Below are positions 23,882 through 37,231 of a stretch of DNA of 64,000 nt, one piece after another; position 1 is the stretch's first letter, and the number at the start of each line of letters is the position of its first letter. Under the pieces are notes generated by a model. The model was not told the DNA's origin, made no database searches, and was given only the letters and a program-made list of their open reading frames with translations. A program made the translations under genes and the position numbers. Source of the DNA: Nemertoderma westbladi (Eukaryota; Animalia; Xenacoelomorpha); the NCBI GenBank assembly GCA_032718475.1, contig JAUCBJ010001794.1, positions 51,090-115,089 of the forward strand, in the 5' to 3' direction.

Positions 23882-26594
23882 CGTCACCTTCAAGGCAGAA
23901 CCCCCTAAGTCGATTTTTTTCGATTTTCATGTTTTTGACTTTTTGGGTAATTCGATATCGGCTTTTTCGTCTGGCAGAACCCCGAAGCTTTTCTACCAGC
24001 CATTTTTGAGTTATAAGCCAAAGACAGTTCCCCGTAACTTATGCCCACTTCGAGGCAGAACCCCCCAAGTCTATAATTGGCTTGCAAAACACCGTAAATT
24101 CAAGTATATGAAATTCAGTCCACCTGGCAAAACCCCTTAAATTAGAAATAACATCATGTAAAACCCCGTAAATCAGAAACAATAGCCTGGCAAAACCCCG
24201 TAATTTATCATTTATACTGGTTTGTATTGCGGCCAGGACACAAATATTAATGAGGGACACAAACATTATTGACCCCCCCCCACCCACACCCCGGCTGGTA
24301 TACCCCCATATTTTCAATTTACCTCCTACCACCACCATTCATTTTACCCCCCCCCCCCCCCCCCTCCCCGATTCCTATCTCCCCCTCATGTTCATCATTT
24401 TTTTACTCCTACTCCTTCCCTTTTTACTAACAACATCGTTTATTGTTTTGGTTAGAAAAAACATCTCTGTAACCTGATCCTTTCCTTCAATTGGCAATAA
24501 CATAGTTTATTGGTTTGGTCAGATTAATATGTTATTATTTATTGTTGTTATTTTATTGCTTGACAGTAATGAGAATTGTAATACTGTAATATATTGTATG
24601 TATATGGGTGGTAACATGAATCATACTAAGTGCGAAGGGCGATAGTGCCCATGATTAATGTTTGTGCCCTTGATTGATATCTGTCCCTCGTTTATTGTTT
24701 GTGTCCCTCATTAATGTTTGTGTATTTCATTAATGTTTGTGTCCCTCATTAATGTTTGTGTCCCTCATTAATGTTTGTGACCCTCATTAATGTTTGTGTC
24801 CCTCATTAATGTTTGTGCCCCTCATTAATGTTTGTGTCCCTCATTAATGTTTGTGTCCCTCATTAATGTTTGTGTACCTCATTAATGTTTGTGTCCCTCA
24901 TTAATGTTTGTGTACCTCATTAATGTTTGCGTCCCTCATTAATGTTTGTGTCCCTCATTAATGTTTGTATCCCTCATTAATGTTTGTGGCCTTGATTGAT
25001 ATCTGTCCCTCGTTTATTGTTTGTGTCCCTCATTAATGTTTGTGTCCCTCATTAATGTTTGTGTACCTCATTAAATTTTGCGTCCCTCATTAATGTTTGT
25101 GTCCCTCATTAATGTTTGTATCCCTCATTAATGTTTGTGCCCTTGATTGATATCTGTCCCTCGTTTATTGTTTGTGTCCCTCATTAATGTTTGTGTCGCT
25201 CATTAATGTTTGTGTCCCTCATTAATATTTGTGTACCTCATTAATGTTAGTGTCCCTCAATTAATGTTTGTGTCCCTCATTAATGTTGTATCCCTCATTA
25301 ATGTTTGTGTCCCTCATTAATATTTGTGTCCCTCATTAATGTTTGTGTCCCTCATTAATGTTTGTGTCCTACATCAATGTTTATGTCCCACATTAATGTT
25401 TGTCACCCTGATTAATGTTTGTCCCACATTAATGTTTGTGGCGCTGATAAATATCTATCCCTCATTTAATGTTTGTGGCGCTGATAAATATCTATCCCTC
25501 ATTTTGTTTTTGTCCAAGTTGCTATAAGTTACTCTAGGTTGCCGGACGTTTTGGACAATTTGGTCAGCAACTAGCAACTTAATTTGAGCAACATTAACTT
25601 TTAGTCTCCGTTATATGAGGCATCTTTAACAGCAACAAAGTTCGCGTTTACATAGAGCAACTTGATCGGCAACCTGAAATGCTTACTAAGTTGCTGATAG
25701 AGTTGCTCAGAATGTTGCCACGTACTGTAGAAAAAACAGGTCTTTAATTATTCGTCATGACGTAATGTAAGTGAACTTTACTTTAACGTAGCTGTAACCC
25801 TGTAGCTAGACTTTGTTCTTACTGTAGAGTACCACCCATGGCTATATTTTGTACTTAGAGTTCCGCTTTCTTGAATCTAAATTTTCTTCTTATAGTTCTG
25901 CATTTGGCTACATTTTGTTCAATTTGTATTGATACATGATTCTAACTACAGTCCCGTACTTATTTTAGAAGCAATTAATACCAAAATATCAAAAACTTAT
26001 GGAGCCCTTTAGAATTTTGAATTCAACAATTTCCAACATGTGCGTGTATGTTAGCTATATTGTATGTGATTATTTGTTATTATTGCGTTTACAGGTAATA
26101 CTAACACCTGATCATGTGCTAGTTAACATGTTAGATAGCACGTATTAGCTAATAACAAATGCGCACATGTATTACGTGCGCACTACGCACTAAATAATTA
26201 AGGACGTACGATACGCCTTGGCTATTATTTGATATATTTTGCGTGTTTTTTGTAAAAATTCGGACTTATGGTGTTTTACCAAATTGAGGATACCTTGTTT
26301 TCTAGGCAATACCCCGCAACTATCGTATAGTTACGGGATAATACCAGAAAATGGTGTTCCCCCTTGTTTTGGCAAAACACCATAAGTCCGAATTTTTACA
26401 TAAAAACCGCAATATATTTCAAAGGTTATTCTAAATCAAATTGAAAGTTTAGTTATATGAATTCTATATATATTTAGTTATCAAAAAACACAATAACAAG
26501 TAAACTGAGGCATCTCTTTAAAAAATAAACAGTTTTTATCGATTATCTCAGAACTACAAAAATCGACTTAGGGGGTTCTGCCTTGAAGGTGACG
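23882..26594. mobile_element. Non-autonomous cut-and-paste DNA transposon, 2713 bp (Sola1-like, tentative)
   Basis: Perfect 37-bp TIR CGTCACCTTCAAGGCAGAACCCCCTAAGTCGATTTTT (23882-23918, 26558-26594). 4-bp TSD ATCT, confirmed by the empty site TTACATCTGATAG in other G units. Subterminal GGCA(G/A)AACCCC repeats. No transposase ORF. Superfamily is inferred from TSD/TIR size only. Confidence 0.9.
24645..25503. repeat. 19-bp minisatellite (GTCCCTCATTAATGTTTGT)n inside the TIR transposon
   Basis: Roughly 45 tandem copies; a variant block CCTTGATTGATATCTGTCCCTCGTTTATT recurs near 24668, 24990 and 25141. Confidence 0.95.
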
Positions 26595-27197
26595 ATCTGA
26601 TAGAGAGTAATCCCAAATTAACTTCCCTCTACGAAAATTATTTTAATTAAATACATGCAACATAGCAGTCTACTCTACAGTCAACAGTAGTAGGCCTACA
26701 CAATAACTAAAATGGCATTCAGCTTACCAGCTATTCGCATTAAGCTAATAGATATTCGATTTCATTGGATTCAGTGACTGTGTGAGGGCTATTGGGAGAG
26801 CAATCAGCTTATGATGTAATACATTAGAATACCATGGCTTTTGTTTGCTTACTGTCTGAGTTGTAGAGTGAGGATAATACTTGGCAGAGAAAGCATTTCC
26901 TTGTTAGGTGTCCATTCCTATAGAATAGCATTACTAGGCTATCTCTATCCATTTTTCATGAGTGCCAGCTGGTGTTTTTATCATTGCGCCTATGGCGTTT
27001 TTTCGTTTATGTCTATTTTTCGAGCCCACGGCTCATGGACGAAATAGCGGAACATACCAGGGACCTTAGAATCGCGGTATCTAGCCGCTGTGAAAATTTC
27101 ATCAAAATCGTTAGAGTAGTTTTGGCTGTAGGTCAGTCAATCAATCAGTCAGCCAGCCTCGAGCAATTCTTACAGTAATGAACCTTTCGGTTCCTAA

Positions 27198-28290
27198 CTA
27201 GAGACGGCGTCAAGACGCCGTTAAGCAAGTCGGAAGTCATCAATCAAATATAAATTCCCTCAACAATGTTTACCTATGGTCAGAATGGAAGGGCTATTTA
27301 CCTATGGTCAGAGAGAGATCCCACTCTGTAATTTGGCAATTGCTCAAATTCATTCAGTTGAATGGCACAGTAGAGTGAACTAAACTAAATTCCCTCAACA
27401 ATGTTTGGCTATGGTCTGAAAGAACTAACAGTCATTCAGCTTGCACAATGTCAATCACCTACAGTATAAAACATTTAGAATGCCACAGTGTGTATCCTGA
27501 TACAGATAATAAGCAGTGATATATATATTTCAAACTATAATGTTAGTGTTAGCCTTACACAGTATCAGTATGAGGCAAAGTAAACATTCCACCTTATAAG
27601 CATACTGCCTCCACAGAATTAATGTTGGCCGAAAGATTTAAAAATAAAACAATTATTATTATAAATACAGTGCAATCCAATAGTACCCAACACACTGTGT
27701 AACTAACAGTCAATCAGCTTACACGTCAATTAACATAGAAGAGAGAGTAACCTTGTAGATCGCCATAGAAAGAATTGGGAAGAGTTATTCAGCTGAGGCT
27801 GTAATAGCCGGCTAACCCAGTGAATGATTATAAAGTTGGCACTGTATGTACTTCCTTGTTAGGTGGCTCCCTATAGAATAGCAAACCAACCAGTTGATGT
27901 TTGCTTTGCAGAGAGTGGTTGGTAGGGCCTAAACAAACAGTATGGGTGTACTAAGTACAATAATCTTGGCAACCTCATCGATTTATTACTAACATTTTGT
28001 GTAGAAATGCATTACATAAGCCATTTTTCATCAGGACACCAGCTGTCATTGGTGTTATTTTACCATAGCGCCTATGGCGTTTTTTCGTTTATCTCTATTT
28101 TTCAAGCCCAGAGGCTATGGACGGAGTAGCCGATCATGCCAGGGACCTTAGAATCGCGGTATCAAGCTGCTGTGAAAATTTCATCAAAATCGTTAGAGTA
28201 GTTTTGGCTGTAGGTCAGTCAGTCAGTCAGTCAGCCAGTCAATCAATCAGCAAACAATTCTTACAGTAATCAAGTCTAACGACTTGCTAA
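27198..28290 (-). mobile_element. B unit
   Basis: Matched B ends; diagnostic variants shared with 50248-51340. Confidence 0.85.
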
Positions 28291-31200
28291 CTAGTGACGG
28301 GCCTAGCGGCCCGATAAGGAACCGACTTTTTATTTTATTAAATAAAAGAGACAACGAGAATTAGTATAGAACTAATAATTATCTAAAAATACAATCATAT
28401 TTCATACAATAATTATTAATAAATTCGATATATTATTAGTTGCTCAATTCTAGAACAAAATCGACCTGCAACTAGTGAAGACCTCGTTTTGGAATTTCGA
28501 AACCACGCTGGTGCGATGCGCGATATCGTGTTTAGTTAATAAATTGAAAACTCCATCAATTCATGTGCAATCAGTAATAAGAAATCGCTATAAATGTAAT
28601 TAAATAAAAATTATTCTAGAAAAATTTTCCTCAAAAAGTATGAAGTCTTGGCATTGGTGACGCGAAACTAGGCTAGTGAGATTCAGGATATTGCGTTTAA
28701 TATAAAAATCGAAAACGCTATCGAATTCCGTAAAGGCGTTAATAAAATACTGCAACTTTTTTGAAATTTGTAAAATTCTAGAACTAGAAAAAAATAATTT
28801 TTGAACGGCGCTGTTTGGGGTTTCGAAACATGGATAGGCTGAAAGAGGACATCGAATTAAGTTGAAAAATGAAAACCCTATCGAATTTAGACAAAGCGTT
28901 CCGGAGTTATAGCGGATCGAAAAAAATTGACCCCCCCAGTCGCCAAAAATTTACAGTAATTTAAAATTTTGCAAAAAAAATTTTTTGCGTTATTTTTGAT
29001 GGCGAATCGATTGGCAGTACTGGCTACGAAAAATTTTTTTTTGAAATTTTTGGTCAGAAAAAAAACATGGAAAAAGTATATTTTTAAAAAGATTTGATGT
29101 CTTTGCCTATGGTCAGAGAATGATCCAACACTGTAACTTGGCAATCGCTCAAATCCATTCAGCTGAATGGCACAGTAGAGTTACCTAAAGTAAATTCCCT
29201 ATACAATGTTCTGAAGGGGAGACTGACAGAGTAATCCAACAATAAAACATGTTGCAATAATGTTGGCATTGTAGCCAACTCACTGTGTACTTAACAGTCA
29301 TTCAGCTTACATTAGCAGAGTGAGATATTTCTATAGATTGCATTGGGAAGAGTAATTCAGCTGAGGCGATAATAGATTTCAAACTAAACCAACCACCAGT
29401 CAATGTTTGCTTTGACAGAAAGTGCAGGGCCTAAACAAACAGTATGGGTGTACTAAGTATAATAATCTTGGCAACCTCATCGATTTATTACTAAGCCTTG
29501 TGTAGAAATGCATTACATAAACCATTTTTCATCAGGACACCAGCTGTCATTGGTGTTATTTTACCATTGCGCCTATGGCGTTTTTTCGTTTATGTCTATT
29601 TTTCGAGCCCACGGCTCATGGACGAAATAGCGGAACATACCAGGGACCTTAGAATCGCGGTATCTACCCGCTGTGAAAATTTAATCAAATTCGTTAGAGT
29701 AGTTTTGGCTGTAGATCAGCCAGTCAGCCAGTCAGCCAACAATTCTTACAGTAATGAACCTCTCGGTTCCTAACTAGTGACGGGCCTAGCGGCCCGATAA
29801 GGAACCGACTTTTTATTTTAAATAAGAGACAACGAGAATTAGCATAGAACTAATAATTATGTAAAAATACAATCATATTTCATACAATAATTATTAATAA
29901 ATTCGATCTATTATTAGTTGCTCAATTCTAGAACATAATCGACCTGTAACTAGTGAAGACCTCGTTTTGGAATTTCGAAACTTCACTGGTGCGATGCGCG
30001 ATATCGTGTTTAGTTAATAAATTGAAAACTCCATCAATTCAAGTGCAACCAGTAATAAGAAATCGCGATAAATGTAATTAAATAAAAATTATTCTAGAAA
30101 AATTTTCCTCAAAAAGTATGAAGTCTTGGCGTTGGTGACGCGAAACTAGGCTAGTGAGATTCAGGATATTGCGTTTAATATAAAAATCGAATACGCTATC
30201 GAATTCCGTAAAGGGGTTAATAAAATACTGCAACTTTTTTGAAATTTGTAAAATTCTAGAACTGGAAAAAATTAATTTTTGAACGGCGCTGTTTGGGGTT
30301 TGGAAACATGGATAGGCTGAAAGAGGACATCAAATTAAGTTGAAAAATGAAAACCCCATCGAATTTGGACAAAGCATTCCGGAGTTATAGCGGATCGAAA
30401 AAAATTGACCCCCCCCAGTCGCCAAAAATTTACAGTAATTTAAAATTTTGCAAAAAAAATTTTTTGCGTTATTTTTGATGGCGAATCGATTGGCAGTACT
30501 GGCTACGAAAAAATTTTTTTTGAAATTTTTGGTCAGAAAAAAAAACATGGAAAAAGTATATTTTTAAAAACATTTGATGTCTTTGCCTATGGTCAGAGAA
30601 TGATCCAACTCTGTAACTTGGCAATCGCTCAAATCCATTCAGCTGAATGGCACAGTAGAGTAAACTAAAGTAAGTTCCCTATACAATGTTCTGAAGGGGT
30701 GACTGACAGAGAGTAATCCAACAATAAAACATTTTGCAATAATGTTGGCATTAATGTAGCCAACTCACTGTGTAAGTAACAGTCATTCAGCTTACATTAG
30801 CAGAGTGAGATATTCCCATACAATGCATTGGGAAGAGTAATTCAGCTGAGGCGATATTAGATTTCAAACTAAAGCAACCAGTTAATATTTGCTTTGACAG
30901 AGTGTCCTAGGGCCTAAACAAACAGTATGGGTGTACTGAGTACAATAATCTTGGCAACCTCATCGATTTATACTAAGCCTTGTGTAGAAATCCATTACAT
31001 AAGCCATTTTTCATCACGACACCAGCTGTTATTGGTGTTATTTTACCATTGCGCCTATGGCGTTTTTTCGTTTATGTCTATTTTTCGAGCCCACGGCTCA
31101 TGGACGAAATAGCGGAACATACCAGGGACCTTAGAATCGCGGTATCTAGCCGCTGTGAAAATTTCATCAAAATCGTTAGAGTAGTTTTGGCTGTAGGTCA

Positions 31201-34200
31201 GTCAGTCAGTCAGTCAGCCAGTCAATCAATCAGCAAACAATTCTTACAGTAATGAACCTCTCGGTTCCTAACTAGTGACGGGCCTAGCGGCCCGATAAGG
31301 AACCGACTTTTTATTTTATTAAATAAAAGAGACACCGAGAATTAGTATAGAACTAATAATTATCTAAAAATACAATCATATTTCATACAATAATTATTAA
31401 TAAATTCGATCTATTATTAGTTTCTCAATTCTAGAACAAAATCGACCTGCAACTAGTGAAGACCTCGTTTTAGAATTTCGAAACCACGCTGGTGCGATGC
31501 GCGATATCGTGTTTAGTTAATAAATTGAAAACTCCATCAATTCATGTGCAATCAGTAATAAGAAATCGCTATAAATGTAATTAAATAAAAATTATTCTAG
31601 AAAAATTTTCCTCAAAAAATATGAAATCTTGGCATTGGTGACGCGAAACTAGGCTAGTGAGATTCAGGATATTGCGTTTAATATAAAAATCGAAAACGCT
31701 ATCGAATTCCGTAAAGGCGTTAATAAAATACTGCAACTTTTTTGAAATTTGTAAAATTCTAGAACTAGAAAAAATTAATTTTTGAACGGCGCTGTTTGGG
31801 GTTTCGAAACATGGATAGGCTGAAAGAGGACATCGAATTAAGTTGAAAAATAAAAACCCCATCGAATTTGGACAAAGCGTTCCGGAGTTATAGCGGATCG
31901 AAAAAAATTGACCCCCCCCAGTCGCCAAAAATTTACAGTAATTTAAAATTTTGCAAAAAAAATTTTTTGCGTTATTTTTGATGGCAAATCGATTGACAGT
32001 ACTGGCTATGAAAAAATCTTTTTGAAATTTTTGGTCAGAAAAAAAACATGGAAAAAGTATCTTTTTAAAAAGATTTGCTGTCTTTGCCTATGGTCAGAGA
32101 ATGATCCAACTCTGTTACTTGGCAATCGCTCAAATCCATTCAGCTGAATGGCACAGTAGAGTAAACTAAAGTATATTCCCTATACAATGTTCTGAAGGGG
32201 AGACTGACAGAGAGTCCAACAATAAAACATTTTGCAAAAATGTTGACATTAATGTAGCCAACTCACTGTGTACTTAAGTCATTCAGCTTACATTAGCAGA
32301 GGGAGATATTCCCATAGAGTGCGCATTGGGAAGAGTAATTCAGCTGAGGCAATAATAGATTTCAAACTAAACCAACCAGTTAACAGAGTGTCCTAAGGCC
32401 TAAACAAACAGTATTGGTGTACTAAGTGAATAATCTTGGCAACCTCATCGATTTATACTAAGCCTTGTGTAGAAATCCATTACGTAAGCCATTTTTCATC
32501 ACGACACCAGCTGTTATTGGTGATATTTTACCATTGCGCCTATGGCGTTTTTTCGTTTATGTCTATTTTTCGAGCCCACGGCTCATGGACGAAATAGCGG
32601 AACATATCAGGGACCTTAGAATCGCGGTATCCAGCCGCTGTGAAAATTTCATCAAAATCGTTAGAGTAGTTTTGGCTATAGATTAGCCAGCCAGCCAGTC
32701 AATCAATCAGCCAACAATTCTTACAGTAATGAACCTCTCGGTTCCTAACTAGTGACGGGCCTAGCGGCCCGATAAGGAACCGACTTTTTATTTTAAATAA
32801 AAGAGACAACGAGAAATAGTATAGAACTAATAATTATGTAAAAATACAATCATATTTCATACAATAATTATTAATAAATTCGATCTATTATTAGTTGCTC
32901 AATTCTAGAACAAAATCGACTTGCAACTAGTGAAGACCTCGTTTTGGAATTTCGAAACCACGCTGGTGCGATGCGCGATATCGTGTTTAGTTAATAAATT
33001 GAAAACTCCATCAATTCATGTGCAACCATAGTAATAAGAAATCGCGATAAATGTAATTAAATAAAAATTATTCTAAAAAAAATTTCCTCAAAAAGTATGA
33101 AGTCTTGGCATTGCTGACGCGAAACTAGGCTAGTGAGATTCAGGATATTGCGTTTAATATAAAAATCGAAAACGCTATCGAATTCCGTAAAGGCGTTAAT
33201 AAAATACCGCAACTTTTTTGAAATTTGTAAAATTCTAGAACTAGAAAAAATTAAATTTTGAACGGCGCTGTTTGGGGTTTCGAAACATGGATAGGCTGAA
33301 AGAGGACATCAAATTAAGTTGAAAAATAAAAACCCCATCGAATTTGGACAAAGCGTTCCGGAGTTATAGCGGATCGAAAAAAATTGACCCCCCCCAGTCG
33401 CCAAAAATTTACAGTAATTTAAAATTTTGCAAAAAAATTTTTTTGCGTTATTTTTGATGGCGAATCGATTGGCAGTACTGGCTACGAAAATTTTTTTTTG
33501 GAAATTTTTGGTCAGAAAAAAAAACATGGAAAAAGTAGATTTTTAAAAAGATTTGACGTCTTTGCCTATGGTCAGAGAATGATCCAACTCTGTAACTTGG
33601 CAATCGCTCAAATCCATTCAGCTGAATGGCACAGTAGAGTAAACTAAAGTATATTCCCTATACAATGTTCTGAAGGGGAGACTGACAGAGAGTCCAACAA
33701 TAAAACATTTTGCAATAATGTTGACATTAATGTAGCCAACTCACTGTGTACTTAAGTCATTCAGCTTACATTAGCAGAGGGAGATATTCCCATAGAGTGC
33801 GCATTGGGAAGAGTAATTCAGCTGAGGCAATAATAGATTTCAAACTAAACCAACCAGTTAATATTTGCTTTGACAGAGTGTCCTAGGGCCTAAACAAACA
33901 GTATTGGTGTACTAAGTGAATAATCTTGGCAACCTCATCGATTTATACTAAGCCTTGTGTAGAAATCCATTACGTAAGCCATTTTTCATCACGACACCAG
34001 CTGTTATTGGTGATATTTTACCATTGCGCCTATGGCGTTTTTTCGTTTATGTCTATTTTTCGAGCCCACGGCTCATGGACGAAATAGCAGAACATACCAG
34101 GGACCTTAGAATCCGGTCAGCCAGCCGCTGTGAAAATTTCATCAAAATCGTTAGAGTAGTTTTGGCTGTAGATTAGCCAGTCAGCCAGCCAGTCAGCTAA

Positions 34201-37200
34201 CAATTCTTACAGTAATGAACCTCTCGGTTCCTAACTAGTGACGGGCCTAGCGGCCCGATAAGGAACCGACTTTTTATTTCAAATAAAAGAGACAACGAGA
34301 ATTATTATAGAACTAATAATTATGTAAAAATACAATCATATTTCATACAATAATTATTAATAAATTCGATCTATTATTAGTTACTCAATTCTAGAACAAA
34401 ATCGACCTGCAACTAGTGAAGACCTCGTTTTGGAATTTCGAAACCACGCTGGTGCGATGCGCGATATCGTGTTTAGTTAATAAATTGAAGACTCCATCAA
34501 TTCATGTGCAACCAGTAATAAGAAATCGCGATAAATGTAATTAAATAAAAATTATTCTAGAAAAATTTTCCTCAAAAAGTATGAAGTCTTGGCGTTGGTG
34601 ACGCGAAACTAGGCTAGTGAGATTCAGGATATTGCGTTTAATATAAAAATCGAAAACGCTATCGAATTCCGTAAAGGCGTTAATAAAATACTGCAACTTT
34701 TTTTAAATTTGTAAAATTCTAGAACTGGAAAAAATTATTTTTTGAACGGCGCTGTTTGGGGTTTGGAAACATGGATAGGCTGAAAGAGGACATCTAATTA
34801 AGTTGAAAAATGAAAACCCCATCGAATTTGGATAAAGCGTTCCGGAGTTATAGCGGATCGAAAAAAATTGACCCCCCCCCCAGTCGCCAAAAATTTACAG
34901 TAATTTAAAATTTTGCAAAAAAAATTTTTTGCGTTATTTTTGATGGCGAATCGATTGGCAGTAGTGGCTACGAAAAATTTTTTTTTGAAATTTTTGGTCA
35001 GAAAAAAAACATGGAAAAAGTATATTTTTAAAAAGATTTGATGTCTTTGCCTATGGTCAGAGAATGATCCAACTCTGTAACTTGGCAATCGCTCAAATCC
35101 ATTCAGCTGAATGGCACAGTAGAGTAAACTAAAGTAAATTCCCTATACAATGTTCTGAAGGGGTGACTGACAGAGAGTAATCCAACAATAAAACATTTTG
35201 CAATAATGTTGGCATTAATGTAGCCAACTCACTGTGTACGTAACAGTCATTCAGCTTACATTAGCAGAGTGAGATATTCCCATAGATTGCATTGGGAAGA
35301 GTAATTCAGCTGAGGCGATACTAGATTTCAAACTAAACCAACCAGTTAATAATGTTTGCTTTGACAGAGAGTGGTGGCCTATACAAACAGTATGGGTGTA
35401 CTGAGTATAATAATCTTGGCAACCTCATCGATTTATTACTAAGCCTTCTGTAGAAATGCATTACATAAGCCATTTTTCATCACGACACCAGCTGTTATTG
35501 GTGTTATTTTACCATTGCGCCTATGGCGTTTTTTCGTTTATGTCTATTTTTCGAGCCCACGGCTCATGGACGAAATAGCAGAACATACCAGGGACCTTAG
35601 AATCGCGGTCATCCAGCCGCTGTGAAAATTTCATCAAAATCGTTAGAGTAGTTTTGGCTGTAGATTAGCCAGTCAGCCAGCCAGTCAGCTAACAATTCTT
35701 ACAGTAATGAACCTCTCGGTTCCTAACTAGTGACGGGCCTAGCGGCCCGATAAGGAACCGACTTTTTATTTCAAATAAAAGAGACAACGAGAATTATTAT
35801 AGAACTAATAATTATGTAAAAATACAATCATATTTCATACAATAATTATTAATAAATTCGATCTATTATTAGTTACTCAATTCTAGAACAAAATCGACCT
35901 GCAACTAGTGAAGACCTCGTTTTGGAATTTCGAAACCACGCTGGTGCGATGCGCGATATCGTGTTTAGTTAATAAATTGAAAACTCCATCAATTCATGTG
36001 CAACCAGTAATAAGAAATCGCGATAAATGTAATTAAATAAAAATTATTCTAGAAAAATTTTCCTCAAAAAGTATGAAGTCTTGGCGTTGGTGACGCGAAA
36101 CTAGGCTAGTGAGATTCAGGATATTGCGTTTAATATAAAAATCGAAAACGCTATCGAATTCCGTAAAGGCGTTAATAAAATACTGCAACTTTTTTGAAAT
36201 TTGTAAAATTCTAGAACTGGAAAAAATTATTTTTTGAACGGCGCTGTTTGGGGTTTGGAAACATGGATAGGCTGAAAGAGGACATCTAATTAAGTTGAAA
36301 AATGAAAACCCCATCGAATTTGGACAAAGCGTTCCGGAGTTATAGCGGATCGAAAAAAATTGACCCCCCCCCAGTCGCCAAAAATTTACAGTAATTTAAA
36401 ATTTTGCAAAAAAAATTTTTTGCGTTATTTTTGATGGCGAATCGATTGGCAGTACTGGCTACGAAAAATTTTTTTTTGAAATTTTTGGTCAGAAAAAAAA
36501 CATGGAAAAAGTATATTTTTAAAAAGATTTGATGTCTTTGCCTATGGTCAGAGAATGATCCAACTCTGTAACTTGGCAATCGCTCAAATCCATTCAGCTG
36601 AATGGCACAGTAGAGTAAACTAAAGTAAATTCCCTATACAATGTTCTGAAGGGGTGACTGACAGAGAGTAATCCAACAATAAAACATTTTGCAATAATGT
36701 TGGCATTAATGTAGCCAACTCACTGTGTACGTAACAGTCATTCAGCTTACATTAGCAGAGTGAGATATTCCCATAGATTGCATTGGGAAGAGTAATTCAG
36801 CTGAGGCGATATTAGATTTCAAACTAAACCAACCAGTTAATAATGTTTGCTTTGACAGAGAGTGGTGGCCTATACAAACAGTATGGGTGTACTGAGTATA
36901 ATAATCTTGGCAACCTCATCGATTTATTACTAAGCCTTCTGTAGAAATGCATTACATAAGCCATTTTTCATCACGACACCAGCTGTTATTGGTGTTATTT
37001 TACCATTGCGCCTATGGCGTTTTTTCGTTTATGTCTATTTTTCGAGCCCACGGCTCATGGACGAAATAGCGGAACATACCAGGGACCTTAGAATCGCGGT
37101 ATCTAGCCGCTGTGAAAATTTCATCAAAATCGTTAGAGTAGTTTTGGCTGTAGATCAGTCAGTCAGCCAGCCAGTCAGCCAGCCAGCCAGTCTCGAGCAA

Positions 37201-37231
37201 TTCTTACAGTAATGAACCTCTCGGTTCCTAA
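28291..37231 (-). mobile_element. Six tandem A units (starts 28291, 29774, 31272, 32749, 34235, 35727)
   Basis: Each ~1.48-1.50 kb with matched A ends and precise TAA|CTAG junctions. Confidence 0.88.

Larger units (their letters stand above)
21969..27197 (-). mobile_element. G unit interrupted by a TIR transposon
   Basis: Matched A ends; the G body resumes exactly after the insertion (ATCTGATAGAGAG). Confidence 0.85.

Noticed and set aside
24645-25503. CRISPR-like array (also considered for the 68-bp repeat and the hairpin junctions)
   Set aside because: Contiguous tandem repeats without unique spacers; no cas genes; eukaryotic repeat context.
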